A DNA stretch of 51,527 nucleotides from Acidobacteriota bacterium (lineage in GTDB: Bacteria > Acidobacteriota > Thermoanaerobaculia > UBA5066 > Gp7-AA6), in assembly GCA_046735265.1 (NCBI GenBank), contig JBKPSZ010000258.1, forward strand, positions 1-51,527, given 5' to 3'. This document shows positions 17,099 to 25,164 of the stretch, piece by piece (position 1 is the stretch's first letter; each line of letters starts with the position of its first letter). Under the pieces are notes generated by a model, which had not been told where the DNA came from, did not search any database, and worked only from the letters and a program-made list of their open reading frames with translations. Position numbers and translations under genes: made by a program.

Positions 17099-17501
17099 TT
17101 ACCCGACTCTCATGACGTTCTGCAGCTTCGCCGTGTCCACGTACTGCTGGAACCTGGTCACCTTGCCGTCTCGGATGTCGAAGACGTGGCAGACCTGTGT
17201 GTCCATGGTCTTCGCGGTCGGCTTGTACTTCCCGGTGTAGCGGCCCTCAACGGATGACGCTGCCGCCCGCATTGTGAAATGACTTCGGATGGACGGAGAA
17301 GCCGTCCCACTCCGCGCCCAATCTCATGAACAGATTGTTCAGGACGGCGTCCGGTCCGACCCAGGCCTCGCCGCTGGGCATGTACGGGTTGCTCTCCGCC
17401 TGATACCAGTGGATGTCCGGGCTCATTGCACCAAGAACGGCCGGGATGTCTCCACGGCCAAACGCATCGTAGAGATTCTTCACAAGGCTTACGTTGTCCA
17501 T
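17099..17501 (-). pseudogene. SnoaL/NTF2-like protein gene disrupted by a 1-nt frameshift
   Basis: MDNVSLVKNLYDAFGRGDIPAVLGAM...FHNAGGSVI runs into a stop at 17247-17249. The adjacent frame continues as VEGRYTGKYKPTAKTMDTQVCHVFDIRDGKVTRFQQYVDTAKLQNVMRVG*, the expected C-terminal half. Total span is 403 nt (3n+1). Confidence 0.7.
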
Positions 17502-17634
17502 GCTTCTCTCCTCGGGTCTTGCGTTTCTGCCAACGGGTGATGGGCGCCTGCCGCGCAGCGAGGGCCAGGGCCCAAAGACACTTCGAGCTGTCGAATTTCC
17601 CGTATCCCCCAATTGTCGGGCCGGGCGCGGAGAC

Positions 17635-18969
17635 CTACCTCGCCCCGGCCGCTTCGAAAGACTCCCGCAGGATCCCGAGCGCCTCTTCGATCTCGGAGGA
17701 GCCGACGGTCAGGGCCGGCGCGATTCGGAAGGCATTGCCCTCGAGCCCGCCCTTTCCGATCAGGAGCCCGCGTTTCTTCGCCTCCTCGAAGACTCGGTTG
17801 GTCAGCGGCTTGTTCGGCGTGCGATCCCTCGCGGTCTCGTCTTCCACCAGCTCGACCGCTTGCATGAGCCCCATCCCGCGGACGTCCCCAACGTTTTTCG
17901 GGAAGCGGCGCTGGAGATCTTCGAGGCCGGCGCGCAGCAGGCGTCCCATCTTCTCGGCGTTGCCGGCGAGATTTTCTTCTTCGATGATCCGGATCGTGGC
18001 GTTGGCGGCGGCGCAGGAGACCGGGTTGCCGCCGAAAGTCGAGATCGTGAGCGCCTTCAACGACGCCGCGATCGCCGGGGTCGCGATCGTGACGCCGAGC
18101 GGCAGGCCGTTGGCGATCCCCTTCGCCATCGTCATGATGTCGGGTTGAACGCCCCAGTGCTGGATGCCCCACATCCTCCCGCCCGTCCGGCCGAAGCCGG
18201 TCTGCACCTCGTCGCAGAGGAAGAGCCCTCCGTACTTCTTCACGATGCCGACCGCGATCTCGAAGTACTCGGGGGGAGGCGTGATGAAGCCACCGACTCC
18301 CTGGATCGGCTCGGCCAGGAATCCGGCGATCCGCCCGGTCGTCGTCGTCCGGATCAGCTCCTCGATGTCCTTGGCGCACGCGATCCCGCAGGACGGATAC
18401 GTCAGGTGGAGCGGGCAGCGGTAGCAGTAGGGCGAGACGGCGTGCTTGACGCCGGCGACCTGGGTCGGCAGCGCCCGCCAGGTCGACTGCGCGGTCAGCG
18501 ACTGAGCGAGCATCGACCGCCCCGAGTAGCCGTGTCGCAGCGCCACGATCTCGGTCGAGCCGGTCGAGAGCTGCGCCATCATGACGGCGGTCTCATCCGC
18601 TTCGGTGCCCGACGCGGTGAAGTACGACTGCTTGAGGTCCCCCGGCGCGAGACGCGCGAGCCGCTCGGCGAGCTCCACGATGGGAAGCGTCGGATAGAGC
18701 GTCGAGACGTGGGAGAAACGCTCGAGCTGCAGGACGATCGCCGCATTGACTCGGTCGTCGGCGTGTCCGATCGAGACGGTCAGGATCCCGCCGAAGAAGT
18801 CGAGGTACTCGTTGCCGTCGGCGTCGCGGATCCGCAGGCCCTTCCCCTCGGTCAGAACGACCGGGTCCTGGTAGTACTGGATCGTGGCGGGGAAGAGGTA
18901 CTCCTTGTGCTTCGCGCGGACGTCGCGTGTCCGGTCGGTTGTCGGCTCTTGAGTTTTTGTCGTGCTCAT
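17635..18969 (-). CDS. class-III (AGXT2/beta-alanine-pyruvate type) aminotransferase
   Basis: Start at MSTTKTQE (ATG at 18969, GGGAGGAG upstream). Contains ...FASGTEADE-like SGTEADETAV and ...DEVQTGFGRTG..., plus a PLP Lys in ...TMAKGIANG. Confidence 0.88.
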   Translation of the reverse strand: MSTTKTQEPTTDRTRDVRAKHKEYLFPATIQYYQDPVVLTEGKGLRIRDADGNEYLDFFGGILTVSIGHADDRVNAAIVLQLERFSHVSTLYPTLPIVELAERLARLAPGDLKQSYFTASGTEADETAVMMAQLSTGSTEIVALRHGYSGRSMLAQSLTAQSTWRALPTQVAGVKHAVSPYCYRCPLHLTYPSCGIACAKDIEELIRTTTTGRIAGFLAEPIQGVGGFITPPPEYFEIAVGIVKKYGGLFLCDEVQTGFGRTGGRMWGIQHWGVQPDIMTMAKGIANGLPLGVTIATPAIAASLKALTISTFGGNPVSCAAANATIRIIEEENLAGNAEKMGRLLRAGLEDLQRRFPKNVGDVRGMGLMQAVELVEDETARDRTPNKPLTNRVFEEAKKRGLLIGKGGLEGNAFRIAPALTVGSSEIEEALGILRESFEAAGAR

Positions 18970-18978
18970 GGCTCCTCC

Positions 18979-19066
18979 CGCGGGCGGGGACGAGCCCCGC
19001 ACCTACAAACCTGAGCGGGGACGACCCCGCCCCTGCAAACCCGGGCGGGGACGGCCCGCCCGCTAC
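18979..19066. repeat. 2.8 tandem copies of a ~30-nt GC-hairpin (REP-like) unit
   Basis: The units are cgggcggggacgagccccgcacctacaaacc, tgagcggggacgaccccgcccctgcaaacc and cgggcggggacggcccgcccgctac. Each contains a GCGGGG-ACGA-(G)CCCCGC hairpin. The last unit overlaps the dihydropyrimidinase stop. Confidence 0.8.
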
Positions 19067-20439
19067 GACCGAGGCCGACGTTTCAGGAAGGCTCCCGAGC
19101 CCGGCTTCCCGGTGAACTTTCCACCTTCGACGATCACCCTGCCGCGCGACAACACCGTCTCCGCCGCTCCCGTGACCTGCCGGCCTTCGTACGGGTTGTA
19201 GTCCACCTTCATGTGGTGCGTCTTGGCCGAAAGCGTGTGCTTCTTCTCCGGATCGAAGACGACGACGTCGGCGTCGGAGCCCGGAGCGATCGTCCCCTTC
19301 CTGGGAAAGAGGCCGAAGATTTTCGCGGGCGACGTGGACGTCAGCTCGACGAAGCGATTGAGCGAGATCCGCTTGCCGACGACGCCCCCATCGAAGAGAA
19401 GGCTCATCCGCGTCTCGATCCCGGGCGCGCCGTTGGGGATCTTCGAGAAGTCTCCCTTGCCGAGCTCCTTCTGCTCCTTCATGCAGAAGGGGCAGTGATC
19501 GGTCGAGACCGCCTGCAAGTCGTTTCCCGCGAGCCCGCGCCAGAGCTTCTCCTCGTTCCCTTTCGCGCGAAGCGGCGGCGACATGACGTACTTCGCGCCC
19601 TCGAACCCCGGCTCCTCGTAGTTGGCGTACGAGAGGAACAGGTACTGCGGGCAGGTCTCGGCGTAAGCGGGAAGCCCGCGGTCGCGCGCCACGGTGATCT
19701 GCTCGAGCGCCTCGGCCGCCGAGAGGTGGACGACGTAGAGCGGAACGCCGGCCATCTCGGCGAGGCAGATCGCGCGGTGCGTGGCCTCCGCTTCGGCCCG
19801 GGCCGGCCGCGTGAGCGCGTGATGTTTCGGGGCCGTCTTCCCCTCGGCGAGCGCCCTCTTGACCAGCACATCGATCACGTCCCCGTTTTCGGCGTGCATG
19901 CAGATCGTGCCGCCGTTGTCCGCCGTGCGCAGGAATGCGCGGAAGATCGAGCCGTCGTCGAGCATCAGGACGCCGCGGTATGCCATGAAGAGCTTGAAGG
20001 ACGTGACACCCTCCGCGACCATGGCGTCCATCTCCGTCTCGACGCTCTCGGGCAGGTCCGTGATGATCATGTGGAAGCCGTAATCGATCGCGGCCTTCCC
20101 CTCCGCCTTCTTCATCCAGGCCTCCCAGGCCTGGCCGAGCGTCTGGCCCTTGTACTGGATCGCGAAGTCCACGATCGACGTGGTGCCGCCGTGCGCGGCC
20201 GCGATCGTGCCCGACTCGAAGTCGTCGGCCGACGTCGTGCCCCCGAACGGCATGTCGAGATGCGTGTGGACGTCGATGCCGCCGGGGATCACGTACTTGC
20301 CGGCGGCGTCGATCGTGCGGTCCACGGGGCCTTCGAGGCTCGTCCCGACGGCGGCGATCTTCTCGTCCACGATGAGGACGTCGCCGCGGTAGAAGTCGGC
20401 GGCGGTGACGACCGTTCCGCCGCGGATCAGCGTCCTCAA
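19063..20439 (-). CDS. dihydropyrimidinase / D-hydantoinase
   Basis: TTG start at 20439 (LRTLIRGGTVV), in a TTGA overlap with the upstream gene. Contains GGIDVHTHLDMPFGG, ...SFKLFMAY... and ...STDHCPF... Confidence 0.9.
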   Translation of the reverse strand: MRTLIRGGTVVTAADFYRGDVLIVDEKIAAVGTSLEGPVDRTIDAAGKYVIPGGIDVHTHLDMPFGGTTSADDFESGTIAAAHGGTTSIVDFAIQYKGQTLGQAWEAWMKKAEGKAAIDYGFHMIITDLPESVETEMDAMVAEGVTSFKLFMAYRGVLMLDDGSIFRAFLRTADNGGTICMHAENGDVIDVLVKRALAEGKTAPKHHALTRPARAEAEATHRAICLAEMAGVPLYVVHLSAAEALEQITVARDRGLPAYAETCPQYLFLSYANYEEPGFEGAKYVMSPPLRAKGNEEKLWRGLAGNDLQAVSTDHCPFCMKEQKELGKGDFSKIPNGAPGIETRMSLLFDGGVVGKRISLNRFVELTSTSPAKIFGLFPRKGTIAPGSDADVVVFDPEKKHTLSAKTHHMKVDYNPYEGRQVTGAAETVLSRGRVIVEGGKFTGKPGSGAFLKRRPRS

Positions 20440-21311
20440 GGCAGGTGTTCCGCCATCTTCTGGTAGGTCTCGGGGCGCCGGTCTCGGAAGAACTGCCAGA
20501 TCCGGCGGACCTCCTCGATCATGTCGAGGTCCATCTCCGCGGTGACGAGCTCGTCCCTGTCCTCCGTGCCCTGCGCGAGGAAGTTGCCGCGCGGATCGAC
20601 GAAATAGGAGGAGCCGTAGAAGCGCCCGACGTTCCAGGGCGATTCCGTCCCGACGCGGTTCGAGCATGCCATGAAGTAGCCGTTGGCGACGGCGTGCGCC
20701 GGCTGCTCGAGCTTCCAGAGGTACTGCGAGAGACCCGCCACCGTCGCCGACGGATTGAAGACGATCTCCGCGCCGTTCAGGCCGAGGAGCCGCGCGCCCT
20801 CGGGAAAGTGGCGGTCGTAGCAGATGTAGACGCCGACTTTCGCGAAGCGCGTCTGGAAGACCGGATAGCCGAGGTTGCCCGGCTTGAAGAAGTACTTCTC
20901 CCAGAAGCCGGCTGTGTGGGGGATGTGGTTCTTGCGGTACTTGCCGAGGTAGCTCCCGTCGGCGTCGTAGACGGCCGCCGTGTTGTAGTAGACGCCCGCC
21001 TGCTCGCGCTCGTACACGGGCACGACCATCGCCATCCGGTACTTCTTCGCGTACTCGGCCATCCGCTCGGTCGTCGGGCCGGGCACGGGCTCCGCCATGT
21101 CGTACCAGTGCGGGTCCTGCGACGGGCAGAAGTAGGGGCCGTTGAAGACCTCCTGGAGGCCGAGAATCTGCACGCCGCGCTTGCCCGCCTCTTCGATGAA
21201 CGGGAGGTGCCGCTCGATCGCCGCCTCACGGACCTTTTCGATCGGAAGCGAGGCGTCGGTCAAGGGAGTGGCGCACTGGATGAGACCGCCCAGGACTTTT
21301 CGGGGCATCAC
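20436..21311 (-). CDS. beta-ureidopropionase (nitrilase-superfamily N-carbamoyl-beta-alanine amidohydrolase)
   Basis: 291 aa. Has carbon-nitrogen hydrolase Glu-Lys-Cys triad context ...LQEVFNGPYF... and ...VGVYICYDRHFPE... Confidence 0.85.
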   Translation of the reverse strand: MMPRKVLGGLIQCATPLTDASLPIEKVREAAIERHLPFIEEAGKRGVQILGLQEVFNGPYFCPSQDPHWYDMAEPVPGPTTERMAEYAKKYRMAMVVPVYEREQAGVYYNTAAVYDADGSYLGKYRKNHIPHTAGFWEKYFFKPGNLGYPVFQTRFAKVGVYICYDRHFPEGARLLGLNGAEIVFNPSATVAGLSQYLWKLEQPAHAVANGYFMACSNRVGTESPWNVGRFYGSSYFVDPRGNFLAQGTEDRDELVTAEMDLDMIEEVRRIWQFFRDRRPETYQKMAEHLP

Positions 21312-21318
21312 GGCCTCC

Positions 21319-21413
21319 GGGGGAATCGGATCAGCGGACCATCGGGGAATCGGGAGATCGGGGATGTCCGTTGGCGATGATCCGATCGCCCGATCGCCCG
21401 ATGGGCCGATTCC
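21319..21413. repeat. GATCGG/CCGATC-rich imperfect palindrome (family member 1)
   Basis: The left arm is gggaatcggatcagcggaccatcggggaatcgggagatcgggg. The right arm is gatgatccgatcgcccgatcgcccgatgggccgattcc. The termini are ggaatcgg / ccgattcc. Confidence 0.7.
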
Positions 21414-21414
21414 T

Positions 21415-22920
21415 TCAGAACCACCTCGATATGACGACCTTCTTATCCGTGTAGAACTCGAACGCGTCCCGTCCGTGGACTTTCAAGTCCCCGAAGAAGC
21501 TGTCCTTCGCGCCGCCGAAGGGGAAGTACGCCATCGGCGCCGCGACGCCGATGTTGACGCCAACCATGGATGCGGTGGCGTGCCGCGCGAACTCGCGCGC
21601 GGCTTTTCCGCTCGACGTGAAGATGGACGTTGCGTTGGCGTTGGGGTGCGCGTGCATCACCTCGATCGCTTCCTCGAGCGAGCGCACGGGGGTGATGGAA
21701 GCCACCGGGCCGAAGATCTCTTCTCGCCCGATCGCCATAGACGGAGCCACGCCGTCGAAGACCGAGGGGCCGAGGAAGAACCCGTTCTCGCGCCCCGGGA
21801 CGCGGAGGTCGCGCCCGTCGAGGAGGAGCTTCGCCCCTTCCGACGCTCCCTTCTGGATGTAGCCCGCGACGCGCTCCTTGTGGCGCGCGCTGATGACGGG
21901 GCCCATCGAGACGCCGGGCTCCATCCCGTCTCCGACTTTGAGGGCCTTCGCCGACTCGACCATGCGCTCGCGCGCCTTCCCGTGCGCGTCTCCGACCGGA
22001 ACGAGCACGCTGCCCGCGAGGCAGCGCTCGCCGGCGCAGCCGTAGAACGACTCGGTGATCACCGGCATCGCGCGATCGAGGTCGGCGTCCGGCATGACGA
22101 CGACGAAGTTCTTCGCTCCACCGAGCGCCTGGACGCGCTTTCCCGCGTGCGTCGCGCGCTGATACACGGCTCGCGCGACGGCGGTCGAACCGACGAAGGA
22201 GACGGCCCGGATGTCCGGATGGTCGCAGATCGCCTCAACGACCTCGCGCCCGCCGTTGACGAGGTTGACGACGCCCGCAGGCAGTTCGCAGCGCTCGAGG
22301 AGCTCGAAGATCCGCTTCTGCGAGAGCGGAACCTGCTCGGACGGCTTCACGATGAACGTGTTCCCCGTGGCGACGGCGAAAGGGAGGAACCAGAGCGGCA
22401 CCATCGCCGGGAAGTTGAACGGAGCGATCGCCGCGCAGACTCCGACGGGCTGCCGGAAGACGTTACAGTCGATTCCCGAGGCGATCTGCTCGAGGCTGTA
22501 GCCGGCGGCGAGCGAGGGCGTCCCGCAGGCGACCTCCACGCACTCGATGCCGCGGCGCACGCTCCCGCGCGACTCGTCGAGCGTCTTGCCGTGCTCGGTC
22601 GTGACGATCCGCGCGAGCTCCTCGAAGTGGTCCTCGAGAAGCTGCCGGAAGCGGAACATCGCCCGCGCGCGCAGAACGGGAGGCGTATCGCGCCAGGCGG
22701 GGAACGCCTTCTTCGCCGCGGCGACGGCGGCCGCCAGGTCCTCCACGGTCGAGAGGGGAGTCCGCGCGATCGTCGCTCCCGTCGCGGGATTGTGGACGTC
22801 GAGCGTCTCGGCGGCTCGCGATCGGACCCACTTTCCGCCGAAGAAGTTTTCGAGGATCGGGGCCTCCGCCGCTCCCGCACGCCCCGCGACGCTGCCGGCA
22901 TCCACCGCGCTTTCCACCAT
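21415..22920 (-). CDS. mmsA: CoA-acylating methylmalonate/malonate-semialdehyde dehydrogenase
   Basis: Start at MVESAVDAG (ATG at 22920). Contains ...FNFPAMVPLWFLPFAVATGNTFIVKPSE... and ...GERCLA... (catalytic Cys). The C-terminus ...KVVISRWF is typical of MmsA. Confidence 0.9.
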   Translation of the reverse strand: MVESAVDAGSVAGRAGAAEAPILENFFGGKWVRSRAAETLDVHNPATGATIARTPLSTVEDLAAAVAAAKKAFPAWRDTPPVLRARAMFRFRQLLEDHFEELARIVTTEHGKTLDESRGSVRRGIECVEVACGTPSLAAGYSLEQIASGIDCNVFRQPVGVCAAIAPFNFPAMVPLWFLPFAVATGNTFIVKPSEQVPLSQKRIFELLERCELPAGVVNLVNGGREVVEAICDHPDIRAVSFVGSTAVARAVYQRATHAGKRVQALGGAKNFVVVMPDADLDRAMPVITESFYGCAGERCLAGSVLVPVGDAHGKARERMVESAKALKVGDGMEPGVSMGPVISARHKERVAGYIQKGASEGAKLLLDGRDLRVPGRENGFFLGPSVFDGVAPSMAIGREEIFGPVASITPVRSLEEAIEVMHAHPNANATSIFTSSGKAAREFARHATASMVGVNIGVAAPMAYFPFGGAKDSFFGDLKVHGRDAFEFYTDKKVVISRWF

Positions 22921-22952
22921 GGCCCCCTCCCCGTGGATGAGAAAGGGAGAGT

Positions 22953-24017
22953 TTAGTCCACCGGCGGAATCTCGGCGGCCTCGCCGTTGTCGAGCAGGAG
23001 GAACCGCGGGCGGGGCTCGGGGCGCTCCGCGAGCGCGGCGCGCAGCGCCTCCTGCGGCTCGAACTCGCCGTCGTCCGCCTGGGCGAACGTCCCGAAGTGG
23101 ATCGCGAGCGAGGTCGCGGCGCCGAGCTCGCCGTGGGCGCAGACGGCCTCCTCGGGGTCGATGTGCACCGGCGACATGAACCAGCGCGGCCGGTACGCCC
23201 CGATCGGGAGGAGCGCGAGGCGCAGGCGCGGGAAGCGTCGGCCGATCCACGAGAAGTGGGATCCCCACCCCGTGTCGCCGGCGAAGAAGTAATCGCCCGA
23301 CGGGCCGGATACGACGAAACCGCACCAGAGCGCACGATTGTCGTCGAACGGTCCCCGCGAGGAGAAGTGGCGCGTCGGCACGGCGGTGACGGTCAGGCCC
23401 GACGGGAGCGCCACGGCGTCCCACCAGTCGAGCTCGCGCGCGCCCGGGACGCCGTGGTCCGCGAGGAAGGCCGCGTTGTTCAAGCCGACGAAGATCGGAG
23501 GCGAGTCGCGCCGGGCGACGCGGCGCAGCGTGTCCAGATCCATGTGATCGTAGTGATTGTGCGAGACGAGCACGACGTCGATCGGCGGCAGATCCTCGAA
23601 CCGAACGCCGGGCGGGCGATGCCGCCGGGGTCCGACGAAAGAGAAGGGGGAGACGCGATCCGACCAGACCGGATCGGTCAGGACGTTGACGCCGTCCATC
23701 TGAAGAAGCACGGTCGCGTGGTTGACGAACGTCGCGCGCAGTCGGCCGTCGCCGACGCGCTGCGGCGGCGGGGAGGCGGGCGAAGTGTTCGTGAAGTCGC
23801 GCCAGGGGCCGCGCTCGCGGTTCAGCATCCACTTCCAGAAGCTGCCGGAGGCCCTGGCGCGCGGCTCGAGGTTGTTGAAGCGCTTCCCGTCGAAGTGATC
23901 CGTTCGCGGCCCCTTCCACCGGGAGACGGACAGCGCGCATCCTGTCGCCACCGCGGCGGCGCCGAGCGCCGCTGCGATACCCGCCGAGGCGAGACCGAAG
24001 CGAGATTTCCCCGTCAT
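22953..24017 (-). CDS. MBL-fold metallo-hydrolase (NAPE-PLD-like), predicted lipoprotein
   Basis: 354 aa. Has a lipobox-like N-terminus ...AAVATGC and the HNHYDHMD metal motif. Confidence 0.78.
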   Translation of the reverse strand: MTGKSRFGLASAGIAAALGAAAVATGCALSVSRWKGPRTDHFDGKRFNNLEPRARASGSFWKWMLNRERGPWRDFTNTSPASPPPQRVGDGRLRATFVNHATVLLQMDGVNVLTDPVWSDRVSPFSFVGPRRHRPPGVRFEDLPPIDVVLVSHNHYDHMDLDTLRRVARRDSPPIFVGLNNAAFLADHGVPGARELDWWDAVALPSGLTVTAVPTRHFSSRGPFDDNRALWCGFVVSGPSGDYFFAGDTGWGSHFSWIGRRFPRLRLALLPIGAYRPRWFMSPVHIDPEEAVCAHGELGAATSLAIHFGTFAQADDGEFEPQEALRAALAERPEPRPRFLLLDNGEAAEIPPVD

Positions 24018-24048
24018 GCTCCGCTTCGCAGCGTGCGCGACGTCGCGT

Positions 24049-25128
24049 TTATTCCGACTGAAGACAGAGCGCGGTCTCGAACGCGGGAGCGGGCTCGAGG
24101 AACGGGACGTCGAGCGACTGTCCGTTGTCGAGAACCGCGAACGTCGGGCCGGGCTCGCCCGCCTCGATCAGGGCGGCTCTGAGATCGCGGAGAGGCTCGT
24201 CCTCCGCGTCGTCGGACTGGGGGAACGTCCCGAAATGCACCGGGATCGCGGTCTCGGGATGGAGCACCGCGGCCGCCCGGACCGCGTCCCGCGGGCTCAT
24301 GTGCTGCTGGTGCATGTACCAGACGGGGACGAAGCCGCCGATCGGCAGGAGCGCGAGCCGCAGGTGCGGAAAGCGTTCGGCGATCATCGCGAAGTGCGAG
24401 CCCCAGCCGGTGTCGCCCGAGTAGTAGACGGAGCCGGACGGCCCCGCCAGAACGAAACCGCACCAGAGGCGGCGGTTCCGGTCGAACATGCTGCGGCCTG
24501 AAGAGTGCCGGGCGGGAACGGCGGTCACGCGCACGCCGGGAGCGAGTTCCACCGACTGCCACCAGTCGAGGTCTTTCCCGCCCGCGATCCCCTTGCTTCG
24601 GAGGTACGCGGCGGCGCCGAGGCCGGCCACGAAGAGCGGTTCGCGCGTCTGGACGAGGCGGTGCAGCGTCGGCAGGTCCATGTGGTCGTGGTGGTCGTGC
24701 GACAGGAAGACCGCGTCGATCGGCGGGAGATCCTGGAAGCGAAGCCCGGGCGGCCGCCGCCGTCGCGCCCCGAGAACCGGGACGGCGCGGTTCGCCCACG
24801 TCGGATCGAGGAGGACGTTGACCCCATCCATCTGGATCAGGACCGTGGAGTGGTTGACGAGGGTGACCCGCAGAACGCCGTCCGCGACGCGCTCGGCCGG
24901 CGCAGGACCCGGAGGCGTATCGGTGAAAGGCCTCCACGGCCCCTGGTGCCGCGTCGCCTCGCGGCGGAACCAGTCTCCGAGCGAGTGCCGTACCGGCTCG
25001 ATCGAGTGGAATCGCGCGCCGTCGAAGTGATCGGTCGGGTCTCCGTTCCAGACGGGGGTGCAACTCGGGAACAGGGTCAGCGCCACGAGACCGCCGCAGA
25101 ATAACGCTTCCCGAGCGGCGGAAGGCAT
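24049..25128 (-). CDS. MBL-fold metallo-hydrolase, tandem paralog of 22953..24017
   Basis: Start at MPSAAREALFCGGLVALTLFPSC (ATG at 25128). Has the SHDHHDHMD motif and is collinear with its neighbour (DHFDG.RF...LVNH.TVL.QMDGVNVL.DP...LLPIG...HFGTF). The track extension to 25884 is rejected. Confidence 0.78.
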   Translation of the reverse strand: MPSAAREALFCGGLVALTLFPSCTPVWNGDPTDHFDGARFHSIEPVRHSLGDWFRREATRHQGPWRPFTDTPPGPAPAERVADGVLRVTLVNHSTVLIQMDGVNVLLDPTWANRAVPVLGARRRRPPGLRFQDLPPIDAVFLSHDHHDHMDLPTLHRLVQTREPLFVAGLGAAAYLRSKGIAGGKDLDWWQSVELAPGVRVTAVPARHSSGRSMFDRNRRLWCGFVLAGPSGSVYYSGDTGWGSHFAMIAERFPHLRLALLPIGGFVPVWYMHQQHMSPRDAVRAAAVLHPETAIPVHFGTFPQSDDAEDEPLRDLRAALIEAGEPGPTFAVLDNGQSLDVPFLEPAPAFETALCLQSE

Positions 25129-25164
25129 CGTGTAGATTCTCTCGCGTTTGCGGGAGGGACGGCG

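Larger units (their letters stand above)
13262..17612 (-). mobile_element. candidate integrase-less gene-cassette array (CALIN-like island)
   Basis: Six to seven small single-domain genes all lie on the minus strand. They are separated by 65-350-nt spacers that share exact 12-14-mers and carry RYYYAAC / GTTRRRY-type boxes. No intI is in the window. Confidence 0.4.

Noticed and set aside
12046-17612. A complete integron (intI + attI + Pc)
   Set aside because: No tyrosine-recombinase-like ORF occurs anywhere in the window. The gene upstream of the array (17635-18969) is an aminotransferase. Only a CALIN-like interpretation is tenable. The left-most genes (11499-13261) overlap each other like a normal operon and were excluded from the array.
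18979-19066. Possible CRISPR array
   Set aside because: There are only about 2.8 directly abutting ~30-nt units, with no unique spacers between them and no cas genes. It is better described as a tandem REP-like hairpin repeat.
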